The notes below the pieces were generated by a model. It saw only the letters and a list, made by a program, of their open reading frames with translations, did no database searches and was not told the origin of the DNA. This document shows, piece after piece, positions 1 to 8,238 of a DNA stretch of 32,000 nt. The DNA comes from Sulfolobus acidocaldarius DSM 639 (GTDB lineage: Archaea; Thermoproteota; Thermoprotei_A; Sulfolobales; Sulfolobaceae), in the NCBI RefSeq assembly GCF_000012285.1, contig NC_007181.1:360001-392000 (forward strand), written 5' to 3'. The position numbers and the translations under genes were made by a program. Each line of letters opens with the position of its first letter. Position 1 is the stretch's first letter.

Positions 1-1
1 C

Positions 2-874
2 ATGGCACTCTTCATATACGCTTTAGGCTATAATCCATTAGTCTGGAGAATACCTTCATGGATTTTAGGTGATCTCACAATTATTATTGCCTTTCTAATG
101 GCTAGAAAACTTATCGGAAACAATGTATTGGGAAATGTATCTGGGTTAATTGCATCTGTACTGATTGCATTAGACCCAAACATATGGGTTATGCACGGAA
201 TTGCTATGCTCGAGATATATGCTGGATTTTTCTCCCTCTTCACACTCTATCTTCTGCTCTCAGATAGAATAAAGTCGTCTTCTGTAGGTTTAGGTTTAGC
301 ATTCCTGGCTAAAGAGAGCTTGCTACCCCTTCTTATACCATACATATATTATCTAGGAGAGATAGTAAAACAACGTACCAAGAGAGTTATTTATGGGATA
401 CTTATTCCGGTAGCAATATACGTGGCTTTTTCAATACCATTAATTATCTATTTTGGTGGTATAAAACAATGGTTAGATGCGTCATTTCTGCACATGCTAA
501 GTTGGGATGTTACTAATGGGCACATTTCCCTTTCTGCAACAAACCAGATAAGTGCACCGTGGGATTGGTTCTTAGATATTCACCCATTTTTCTTAGGCTA
601 TGGACTATATGCTAATGTGAATCCGCTTCTAATGTGGGCTTGGGTCGTAACTACACCATTAGCCTTTATAATGAAAGACATTAAACTAATTATCTTCACC
701 ATGTCTGCATGGTCTATATGGCTGGGTTTTGTAGCCGTATACTTTCTGGGAAATCATACATTGTTCAGCTTCTATGTTACTGATTTTGCTACAATCTCAG
801 ATGTTTACGTGCCTATCTCATTATTTAAATTTCTTAACTGGATAGAACTAAGGAATAAGGGTGAAAATAATTGA
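2..874 (+). CDS. Polytopic membrane protein, C-terminal part; the gene very likely continues upstream of the window. Possible GT-C/PMT-like glycosyltransferase.
   Basis: The frame is open to the window edge. It has many hydrophobic helices and sits directly upstream of, and 4 nt overlapping with, the sugar-nucleotide genes of the agl3 cluster. The family assignment is only a guess from context and topology. Confidence 0.55.
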   Translation: MALFIYALGYNPLVWRIPSWILGDLTIIIAFLMARKLIGNNVLGNVSGLIASVLIALDPNIWVMHGIAMLEIYAGFFSLFTLYLLLSDRIKSSSVGLGLAFLAKESLLPLLIPYIYYLGEIVKQRTKRVIYGILIPVAIYVAFSIPLIIYFGGIKQWLDASFLHMLSWDVTNGHISLSATNQISAPWDWFLDIHPFFLGYGLYANVNPLLMWAWVVTTPLAFIMKDIKLIIFTMSAWSIWLGFVAVYFLGNHTLFSFYVTDFATISDVYVPISLFKFLNWIELRNKGENN

Positions 875-1644
875 TCGAGAAGGCTGTTATTACCGCAGCA
901 GGTAAGGGAAGTAGAATGAAATACATAACTACAGTGCTTCCAAAGGCACTTTTACCTCTTTTTAGTAGTGAAAATGGAGATCTAATTACGAGACCTGTTA
1001 TAGATCTTATTTTTGATTCTTTGTCTTCTGTTGGAGTTAAAAAGTTCTGTATAGTTGTTGGAAAACATGGAAAATTATTGATGGACTATCTATTTGATAT
1101 GGGGGTTACTTTTGTATTTCAACCTCATCCGAAAGGGTTCGGTGATGCAGTATTAAAAGCTGAAGACTTCTCTAGTAACGACCCATTCATAGTTCATGCT
1201 GATGATGGAGTATTAACAGGAGGGTATAAGGAGGCTGTCTCACTTTTTGATGAGGTAAAACCAGATGCTGTGCTTTTACTTAGAGAAGTTAAGAATCCTA
1301 AGAGATATGGTATAGTTGATGTTAAAGATGAAGGAGAGTATATGGGGCATAAAATGTATAGAGTGATTGAAGCTCAAGAAAAACCCCAAAATCCTAGGTC
1401 AAACATAGGTATATCTGCTGTATACATATTTTCTCCAAAAATATTTCAGGGTTTGAATAAGGTTAAAGTAGAGGAGGGAAAAGAGCTCGAACTAACATAC
1501 GGAATTCAAAATATCATAAGCGAAGGCGGTGAGGTATATGGAATTCTGTTGAAAGATGAAAAATGGTTAAATGTAGGAGATCCAGTAAGTTATATCGACG
1601 CTTTAAACCTCACTTACTCTTTTCATGTTAAGAAGTATCAGTGA
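871..1644 (+). CDS. Sugar-1-phosphate nucleotidylyltransferase (glucose-1-phosphate uridylyl/thymidylyltransferase family)
   Basis: N-terminal AVITAAGKGSRM...LPKALLP signature of NTP-transferase (GlmU/RmlA-like) enzymes. The TTG start overlaps the upstream stop by 4 nt. The gene is adjacent to the UDP-sulfoquinovose synthase gene. Confidence 0.8.
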   Translation: MIEKAVITAAGKGSRMKYITTVLPKALLPLFSSENGDLITRPVIDLIFDSLSSVGVKKFCIVVGKHGKLLMDYLFDMGVTFVFQPHPKGFGDAVLKAEDFSSNDPFIVHADDGVLTGGYKEAVSLFDEVKPDAVLLLREVKNPKRYGIVDVKDEGEYMGHKMYRVIEAQEKPQNPRSNIGISAVYIFSPKIFQGLNKVKVEEGKELELTYGIQNIISEGGEVYGILLKDEKWLNVGDPVSYIDALNLTYSFHVKKYQ

Positions 1645-1678
1645 TTTTCCAAGAACGATCAAGAAATCAAGTAAAAAG

Positions 1679-1694
1679 ATAAATCATGATTTAT
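1679..1694. repeat. Perfect 16-bp palindrome ATAAATCATGATTTAT between convergent genes
   Basis: Read directly from the sequence: the reverse complement of ATAAATCA is TGATTTAT. It lies in the 52-nt gap between the stop at 1644 (+) and the stop at 1697 (-). Confidence 0.6.
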
Positions 1695-1696
1695 GT

Positions 1697-2878
1697 TTAT
1701 CTTACTCTTTTAACGTATTGTGGTTTTCTCCATTTAGTCTTTGGCAATATAACATGCTTAAATCTCTCTAACCTAGTCTTATAAGGTAGTAGATCCTTTA
1801 TCATTATTTTAACATCCTCAGGTAATCTCTTTTTAGGATAAAATCCTAAGGATGGCAACACTTTCCTCTCAGGGTTGTAGTAATGCTCTTCCGCCTCCAC
1901 TCTAGGATTTTCGTATGAACCTATTTCCACATTTAATCCTAGCTCCTCTCCAGCCTTCTTTACAAATTCAGCTATTTTCTTAACACTATATATCTCTGCA
2001 AACTGATTAGCAACTCTATATTCCCCTTGTTTAGGAGGATTCTCCAAGAGCAAGGTTAATGCTTGGATACTGTCCTCTAATGATATAAATCCTCTAGTTT
2101 GACCACCCTTTCCATAAACTGTTAGTGGAAGCCCGAGGATGGCTTCTACACAATATCGATTAACCACAGTTCCCCAAACCTCGTCAAAGTCAAACCTAGT
2201 CCTCAGTGTTTCCTCCACAATCTCTTCTGTTCTAGTACCGTATACAGGACCTTGCATTATATCAGTGACAGTGAGCCCGTAAAGTTCTTGGAAATGAAGA
2301 AGAAAATCAGTATCATGAACCTTAGTCCAGTGATAAACAGAACCCGCTTTTCTAGGAACTATTATCTTATCTTTCTTACCATTAACTATAGCTTCAACAT
2401 ATATACTCTCAGGTATATCGAAAGCAGGTGTTCCATACTCACCCATGGTACCCATCTTCAATATATGTATTGTTGGATCTACCTCCAATACAGCTTGGAT
2501 AACTCTCAAAGTGCTTACCTCATTATTTATAACTGTGTAGACCGCGTGATCCATGTCTATCATAGAGTACGGAGCAGATCTCTGCTCAGCGAAGTGCACT
2601 ATGGCATCAGGTTTATATCTCTGTACTATGTCCTTAAAGAATCCATAATTAGTAATATCCCCCACGTAAAAGGTTATGTCTACACCCAAATGTTTCTTTG
2701 CCTCACTCACCCTCTCCTGTGGTTGAGGCAAAGGAAAAGCTGAATCTGACCCAACCTCTTCTGAAAACCTCCTTGTCGACAAGTTATCGATACCAATTAC
2801 CTCATGACCTCTTTTAGCTAACCTTAATGCCAATGGCCATCCTAAATGACCATCAATTCCTAGTACTAGAATCCTCAT
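1697..2878 (-). CDS. agl3: UDP-sulfoquinovose synthase (SQD1-like NAD-dependent epimerase/dehydratase), Agl3
   Basis: N-terminal Rossmann motif MRILVLGIDGHLGWPLALRL and an SDR-type YxxxK region. The 393 aa length and extended inserts are typical of SQD1. The neighbourhood (membrane protein, NDP-sugar pyrophosphorylase, BadF-type kinase) matches what I recall of the published S. acidocaldarius agl3 locus. Confidence 0.8.
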   Translation of the reverse strand: MRILVLGIDGHLGWPLALRLAKRGHEVIGIDNLSTRRFSEEVGSDSAFPLPQPQERVSEAKKHLGVDITFYVGDITNYGFFKDIVQRYKPDAIVHFAEQRSAPYSMIDMDHAVYTVINNEVSTLRVIQAVLEVDPTIHILKMGTMGEYGTPAFDIPESIYVEAIVNGKKDKIIVPRKAGSVYHWTKVHDTDFLLHFQELYGLTVTDIMQGPVYGTRTEEIVEETLRTRFDFDEVWGTVVNRYCVEAILGLPLTVYGKGGQTRGFISLEDSIQALTLLLENPPKQGEYRVANQFAEIYSVKKIAEFVKKAGEELGLNVEIGSYENPRVEAEEHYYNPERKVLPSLGFYPKKRLPEDVKIMIKDLLPYKTRLERFKHVILPKTKWRKPQYVKRVR

Positions 2879-2890
2879 TACGCTTCGAGA

Positions 2891-2907
2891 ATATTTATAT
2901 TATATAG
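2891..2907. promoter_or_regulatory. Compact bidirectional promoter: overlapping TATA boxes for agl3 (-) and the BadF-type kinase (+)
   Basis: The divergent start codons at 2878 and 2924 are only 45 nt apart. The A/T block ATATTTATATTATATAG lies about 25-30 nt from both starts, the expected archaeal TATA position for leaderless transcripts. Confidence 0.5.
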
Positions 2908-2923
2908 ATTAATAAATGTAATC

Positions 2924-3823
2924 ATGATTATAGTTGGCATAGACGCAGGAGGAACAAAGACTAAGGCAGTAGCTTACACTTGTGACGGTCAATATATAGG
3001 CGAGGGGGAAACAGGACCAGGCAATTATCATAACGTAGGATTAAGTAAGGCAATTAACAACATAAGGGAGGCTGCCCTTAAGGCAACAAAAGGAGAAGAA
3101 CCTGATGTAATATCAATTGGAGCTGCAGGGTTAGATTCGAGATATGATTATGAAAGTTTTAACTCCTTAGCGTCAACTGTAGCTAAAAAAGTTATAGTAA
3201 ACCACGATGGAGTTATAGCCCTTTTTGCAGAAACATTAGGAGAGAAAGGTGTAGTAGTAATCTCTGGGACTGGAAGTGTAGTGGAGGGATACGATGGAAA
3301 GGATTTCCACAGAATTGGTGGAAGAGGATGGTTACTCTCTGATGTAGGATCAGCCTATTGGGTTGGTAGAAGAGCATTAAGGGCTGTTTTAGAGGTAATG
3401 GATGGTCTTAGGCAAAAGAGTAACTTATATTATAAAGTTTTAGAGAAAATTAGAGTAAAAGACTTAGATGATCTTGTGCTTTGGTCCTATACTAGCAGTT
3501 GTCAGGCGGACATAATAGCCTCAGTCGCTGAGGCTGTAAACAGCTCCGCACTCACAGGTGACGAACTGGCAATCAGTATTTTGAAGGAAGGTGCGGAGAA
3601 GTTAGCAAATCAAGCTGTCCTAATGGCTAGAAGATTAAACGTTAACACTGTATATATGAAGGGAGGAATGTTTAAGTCACCAATCTACTTAGCAACATTT
3701 AAGAACTATTTATCGTTGTACGGGATCAAAGGAGAAGTAGGAAAAAGAAATCCTGAATTAGGAGCTATGGTCATAGCATTCAAGGAATTAGGGTGCAGTA
3801 TAGAAAAGTTACTGAACGGATAA
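2924..3823 (+). CDS. BadF/BadG/BcrA/BcrD-type ATPase, sugar (glucose/N-acetylglucosamine-like) kinase
   Basis: ASKHA-fold phosphate-1 motif MIIVGIDAGGTKTK and a later ISGTGS motif. Part of the agl3 cluster. Confidence 0.7.
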   Translation: MIIVGIDAGGTKTKAVAYTCDGQYIGEGETGPGNYHNVGLSKAINNIREAALKATKGEEPDVISIGAAGLDSRYDYESFNSLASTVAKKVIVNHDGVIALFAETLGEKGVVVISGTGSVVEGYDGKDFHRIGGRGWLLSDVGSAYWVGRRALRAVLEVMDGLRQKSNLYYKVLEKIRVKDLDDLVLWSYTSSCQADIIASVAEAVNSSALTGDELAISILKEGAEKLANQAVLMARRLNVNTVYMKGGMFKSPIYLATFKNYLSLYGIKGEVGKRNPELGAMVIAFKELGCSIEKLLNG

Positions 3824-5248
3824 GCTTACACCCTCACTCCTTAAGTCAGCTACTGCATAGTATCTATCGCTTTTCCTCTTCAGAGCTTGAACTACCCCTA
3901 CCTCAGGTGTGAAATAGTCAAGTTGCTGGAAAGGCAAATTCAACCTCTTCTCAGCTACAATCTTATCGCTCAATAATATGAATCTCGGAGCATTAACAGC
4001 CTCATCAATCTCCATGTTGTAATCAGCATAATACTGAAACACTTCAGCATGAATTTGAGGTCTAAGATCTCCACCAGCACATCCTATAAACAAGCTCTCG
4101 TCGTCTTTTTCTGCGTAGAGTATTGATAAGGTGTGCAATGGTCTCTTTCTGGGTTCTGGTTTGTTATTTCCTTCTGTAAATCCAAACCCCCTGTTATTAA
4201 ACGGAAACTGTTTCACAGTGATTCCTGATCCGAAATGGAAAAATAGACTTTGTATGAAACCAACTTCATTTTCGCCATCTGCTACCACAAAGAAAGTTGT
4301 GTCCTCAGTTCTCAGTATACGGTTAGGTAATATACCCATCTCTCTCAATTTTACTCTTAATACGTTTTCATCTAATAGGTTAATTTCCGGTGAGTAAAAA
4401 CGAGGGTCAGTAACATATCTGTCCCTATCATTATATCCAATTGCAAAGATTTTCACCATCTCTTTTACTCTTTCTATATCGTCAAACTTATGCTTCCATG
4501 TTTCCACCATTTCAGACAACTTAAGTATCTCAAGAGTCGTTATGCCTTGGCTATTAGGAGGAAGTTCATAAAGTGTGAAATCCCTATAAGTAGATTTTAT
4601 AGGTTTAACCTCCTCACCCCTGAAATTGGCGAAATCAGAAAACTCCATTTCTACACCCTGTTTATTTAAGCCCAGGACTATTTCTTCCATTAGTTTGCCT
4701 TCATAAAACTCTCTAGGATTTCTAGAAATTACTTTCAGTGCTTCTCCTAGTTCTCTAAGTTTAATGAAGTCCCCAGCCATTCTGCCTTTGTACAGTTTAG
4801 ACCAACTTTCAGGCATATCAATGGCTCTAGATATGGCTCTCCCCAGCTCTTTTCCTATGTAGAAACCATTTGTAGCTAACTTTACAGCTGGTTGCAAAAC
4901 AGTCTGCAAGTCTAAGCTCATGAATTTCCTCTCTATGTAATCCCACATGTCCACTAACCCAGGAACTAAAACTGTTGATGGGTGTCTAGGGCTCGGTATT
5001 TTTTGAATCTTCAGATTTTTTGAAGTCCACCCTGAAGCGTTATAAGCTATCAAACCCTCAGGGGTATTTGCCAAGAGAAAACCATCTCCGCCCAGTCCAC
5101 TAGTGTAGGGTAAAACAACCGAAAGAACTGCGCTTACTCCTACAGCTGCATCAAATGCATTTCCGCCCGTTTCAAGTATCTTAGCACCAACATATGTAGC
5201 CAACTGATTTTGACTAGCAACCACTTTTTTACCTATACTAACTTTCAT
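3809..5248 (-). CDS. ggt: Gamma-glutamyltranspeptidase (short archaeal type)
   Basis: GLGGDGFLL motif, a candidate autoprocessing threonine in EDTTFFVVAD, and a C-terminal GGD..RPQ motif. 479 aa. Confidence 0.8.
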   Translation of the reverse strand: MKVSIGKKVVASQNQLATYVGAKILETGGNAFDAAVGVSAVLSVVLPYTSGLGGDGFLLANTPEGLIAYNASGWTSKNLKIQKIPSPRHPSTVLVPGLVDMWDYIERKFMSLDLQTVLQPAVKLATNGFYIGKELGRAISRAIDMPESWSKLYKGRMAGDFIKLRELGEALKVISRNPREFYEGKLMEEIVLGLNKQGVEMEFSDFANFRGEEVKPIKSTYRDFTLYELPPNSQGITTLEILKLSEMVETWKHKFDDIERVKEMVKIFAIGYNDRDRYVTDPRFYSPEINLLDENVLRVKLREMGILPNRILRTEDTTFFVVADGENEVGFIQSLFFHFGSGITVKQFPFNNRGFGFTEGNNKPEPRKRPLHTLSILYAEKDDESLFIGCAGGDLRPQIHAEVFQYYADYNMEIDEAVNAPRFILLSDKIVAEKRLNLPFQQLDYFTPEVGVVQALKRKSDRYYAVADLRSEGVSLSVQ

Positions 5249-5285
5249 ACCATGTTATTTTTTATCCAAAAGTAAATAAGAGAAT

Positions 5286-5651
5286 ATGATGGAAATTCCA
5301 GAGAATGTCAAAAAGGAACTAAAAGATGGCGTTTGTGTAGCCTGTTGCGATAACATTGTTATATGCATGAGTGAAGATCTGCCCACGAACCCCAATGCAG
5401 ATACAGATCTTGAAGTGGATAGGGAAGGTGGTGAAATAATAATTAGACACATAATTAAGGATAATCCTGATAATCCCTTATATTTAGAATATCCTGCAGA
5501 CAGGAAGTTTGTAGAAAATGTTAGTAAAGCGAACGGAAGCGTAAAAATATTCTTTGTAGATCAAAAGTTCAATGAAAAGTCAACATTCATAGTGAAGCTA
5601 AATAAAGAAGACTTAAGATTACTAAGGAGGGAAATTGGTCTTGGACCTTAA
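5286..5651 (+). CDS. Hypothetical protein (121 aa) with a Cys-rich VCVACCD segment
   Basis: The ORF has plausible composition and overlaps the downstream MazG-like gene by 17 nt on the same strand. I recognise no family. Confidence 0.5.
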   Translation: MMEIPENVKKELKDGVCVACCDNIVICMSEDLPTNPNADTDLEVDREGGEIIIRHIIKDNPDNPLYLEYPADRKFVENVSKANGSVKIFFVDQKFNEKSTFIVKLNKEDLRLLRREIGLGP

Positions 5652-5886
5652 GTACATCCAGGAAAAGATGAAAGAGCTTTATTACGTTAAGGATTCAGAG
5701 AGAGGAGTATACGCTACTTTTACGTGGTTGGTAGAAGAGGTTGGGGAACTAGCTGAAGCACTATTATCAAAAAATAAGGATTCGTTAGAAGAAGAGTTGG
5801 CTGACGTTTTAGCGTGGACTGTGTCAGTAGCTAACCTAGTAGGAATAGATTTGGAAGAAGCTTTAAGGAAGAAATACCACATATAA
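5635..5886 (+). CDS. Small MazG-like nucleoside triphosphate pyrophosphohydrolase
   Basis: EEVGELAEAL ... EELADVLAWTVSVAN, the EExxE/ExxD helix pair of all-alpha NTP pyrophosphatases. TTG start at 5635 (or 5641). The stop codon directly abuts the tmcA ATG. Confidence 0.75.
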   Translation: MVLDLKYIQEKMKELYYVKDSERGVYATFTWLVEEVGELAEALLSKNKDSLEEELADVLAWTVSVANLVGIDLEEALRKKYHI

Positions 5887-8208
5887 ATGATGGAAAAAAA
5901 GGAATTCTTTGAAATTCTAAGGAACTCAATGTTAGATAGTAAGGATAGATATTACAGAAATTTAGTATTTATTCAAGATGAATCGGATATTTTACGTCAT
6001 GTTTTAGAAGTTTTACAGCTTTACTTAGACATAAATCCAGATCCCCTTATAGCATATGCATTTCATCCCTGGGCTAAGGGGGCTAAGGATAGACTTGAGG
6101 AACTAAGAAAGATTGTTAAAAATAGCGAGAAACTCATAGATATCGATTACTCAAGCTCTGAAAGATATCTAGGTTCTACTTTTGATGTTGCTATTCTAGA
6201 TTTAGTAGATAACTTTGAACCCAATCACATAGGTAGATTAGTGGATTTAGTAAGAGGTGGCGGATTAATAATACTTTACACAAACGACTTAAAGAATAAT
6301 AAGATATTTAAAAATTCTATCCTTAGGGAGGGAAAGGTACTTGATGTTTATGAAACGAGATTTATAAGAAAACTAACCGAGCATGAGGGCATCTTCGTCA
6401 TATCTAACTCCGAATACTACGCAAAGCCTTTTAAGGGTGAGGTGAAGGAAAAACCCTCACCACAATTACCTAAAAAGCCTACAATGCCAGTAGAGTTGCA
6501 TTCCTTATGCCTTAGCTCTGATCAAAACAAAGTTTTAGAGTCATTTATCGGAATGAGATACGGATCAAGAAAAGTTCTAGTTATAACGGCTTCTAGAGGA
6601 AGAGGTAAAAGTGCGGTAACTGGACTAGGTATGGCAGGTCTAATATTTAAACATGGCTTTAGAAAGGGACGAAAATACAAGATAATAGTTACTGCACCTT
6701 CAATAGCAAGCTCTTCACAGACTATGGAATTCCTCAAGAGAGGTCTTGACGCATTGGGAGTAGAATACAGGGAAAAAAGATCTCCTATGGGGTTCATAAA
6801 TAGCCTTGAAGGAGAAGGATTCAGAGTATTTTTTGAGATACCTGAAGCTACTTTAGAGCATGAGGGTGATTTACTTGTCGTGGATGAGGCAGCAGCGATA
6901 GGTATTGGGTATATTGATTCAGCTCTCAAGACATGGAAAAAGGTCGTTCTCGTAACGACTGTTCACGGTTATGAAGGTTCAGGTAAAGCATTCCTAAGAT
7001 ACCTAAATAGATTGCTTAAACAGAGAAAAACTACAGTGTATTGGGAGGAAATGAGAAAACCTCTAAGGTATGCTGAAGGCGATCCTATTGAGAAATGGTT
7101 GTACGATTCGTTATTACTTGATGCAGAACCGGAGGATGTGCAACAAGAGATCGATAAAGTGTATTTCGAAACCTTAGACAAGGAAGAGTTATTCTCAGAT
7201 GATCGTAAATTGAGGCAAGTTTATGGAATTTTGGTCACAGCTCATTACAGAAATAATCCCAATGACCTGATGATAATGGGAGATGGGATTCATCATACAA
7301 TAAAGGGATTAAGTATTGAGGGCACGAATAGTTACATAGGAGTAGTACAGATAGCTAATGAGGGAGGTTTATCTGATGAGCTAATACATTCAGCATTAAT
7401 GGGTGTGACATTTGATGGAGATCTTATACCAGATAGAATGATAAAACACTCTAGGCTGATAGAATTCGGAAAGATGAAAGGATGGAGAATTGTAAGAATA
7501 GCAGTAATGCAAGAACTACAGGACAAGGGATTCGGAAGCCAGATGTTAGAGATGATAATCGAAGATGCTAAGAGGCAGGAAATTGATTGGGTTGGATCCT
7601 CATTTATGGGAGATATGAGAGTACTTAATTTCTGGATTAGAAACGGATTCTACCCTGTTCATGTTTCGCCCAAGAAAAATGAAAAACTTGGGGATTACCC
7701 TGTAATAGTAATAAAGCCTATAAGCGAAATTGCAACTAAGGCAGTAAGAGTAGCAGCATATGTATTGAAGGAAAAACTACTTAACACCTTACATGATGTT
7801 TACTTTTCCATGGACCCAGAAATTGCCCAAATAATACTCAGTGGTATAAAAGTTCATAAAGAAGTTAAGATAAACCCGATATACGTAGATAAAGCAGTAG
7901 CATTTCTTCAAGGAGTAAGCCCATATGAATCCTCAGCCGATGGGATTCACCTACTAGCGTTAAAATACTTTTGGGATGCTAAAAGGGAATGGTCCTTAGA
8001 GCCTGAACAAGAAATTTTACTAATAGCAAAAATACTGCAAGGCAGACCATGGAGATTTACTTCAGCCTCACTAAATTCGAATAGAACCGGAGTTAATGAA
8101 ATGTTATATCAGGCTATTGCCGAATTATTATACAGGTACTATTCCTTAAATAGTGAAACAAAAGTAGGAATTAGCTTAGATAAATTGGATGATGACCAAA
8201 TAGACTGA
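5887..8208 (+). CDS. tmcA: RNA cytidine acetyltransferase (tRNA(Met) cytidine acetyltransferase TmcA / Nat10 homolog)
   Basis: 773 aa. Central helicase-type Walker A (ASRGRGKSA) and Walker B (LLVVDEAAAI), followed by a GNAT acetyl-CoA motif (QDKGFGSQM). This is the architecture characteristic of TmcA/Nat10. Confidence 0.85.
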   Translation: MMEKKEFFEILRNSMLDSKDRYYRNLVFIQDESDILRHVLEVLQLYLDINPDPLIAYAFHPWAKGAKDRLEELRKIVKNSEKLIDIDYSSSERYLGSTFDVAILDLVDNFEPNHIGRLVDLVRGGGLIILYTNDLKNNKIFKNSILREGKVLDVYETRFIRKLTEHEGIFVISNSEYYAKPFKGEVKEKPSPQLPKKPTMPVELHSLCLSSDQNKVLESFIGMRYGSRKVLVITASRGRGKSAVTGLGMAGLIFKHGFRKGRKYKIIVTAPSIASSSQTMEFLKRGLDALGVEYREKRSPMGFINSLEGEGFRVFFEIPEATLEHEGDLLVVDEAAAIGIGYIDSALKTWKKVVLVTTVHGYEGSGKAFLRYLNRLLKQRKTTVYWEEMRKPLRYAEGDPIEKWLYDSLLLDAEPEDVQQEIDKVYFETLDKEELFSDDRKLRQVYGILVTAHYRNNPNDLMIMGDGIHHTIKGLSIEGTNSYIGVVQIANEGGLSDELIHSALMGVTFDGDLIPDRMIKHSRLIEFGKMKGWRIVRIAVMQELQDKGFGSQMLEMIIEDAKRQEIDWVGSSFMGDMRVLNFWIRNGFYPVHVSPKKNEKLGDYPVIVIKPISEIATKAVRVAAYVLKEKLLNTLHDVYFSMDPEIAQIILSGIKVHKEVKINPIYVDKAVAFLQGVSPYESSADGIHLLALKYFWDAKREWSLEPEQEILLIAKILQGRPWRFTSASLNSNRTGVNEMLYQAIAELLYRYYSLNSETKVGISLDKLDDDQID

Positions 8209-8238
8209 AAGATGAAGAAATGCACCTCAACTGACTAA
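8185..8238 (+). ncRNA. Candidate C/D box sRNA overlapping the tmcA stop codon
   Basis: C box AUGAUGA 8189-8195; 9-nt spacer; D' CUGA 8205-8208 (contains the tmcA TGA stop); 3-nt linker; C' AUGAAGA 8212-8218; 12-nt guide AAUGCACCUCAA 8219-8230; D box CUGA 8231-8234. The flanks UUGG (8185-8188) and CUAA (8235-8238) can form a 4-bp terminal stem including one G-U pair. Weakness: the C-to-D' spacer is short. Confidence 0.5.

Noticed and set aside
1141-1290. UGAUGA/CUGA-like box combinations inside the nucleotidyltransferase ORF, plus similar isolated TGATGA hits at about 7270, 7330, 14338, 15250, 18425, 22150, 24425, 24500 and 26825.
   Set aside because: The box spacing is wrong (D'-C' gaps of about 30-40 nt) or the D boxes are missing. 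They are coding sequence for Asp/Glu/Met-rich peptides, so they are chance matches.
2252-2743. 163-aa plus-strand ORF inside agl3, and similar antisense ORFs in the track: 28-243, 4131-4397, 5255-5452, 5682-5882, 6522-6929, 6969-7181, 7332-7526, 8239-8664, 10599-10814, 13602-13928, 14158-14489, 18528-18722, 18807-19112, 19344-19529, 20134-20394, 20949-21137, 22441-22761, 22889-23074, 26432-26800, 26909-27094, 28507-28924.
   Set aside because: Each lies fully or largely inside a longer opposite-strand ORF that has clear family motifs. Their translations are low-complexity, rich in S/L/C/I and carry no motifs. They are typical shadow ORFs of AT-rich genomes.
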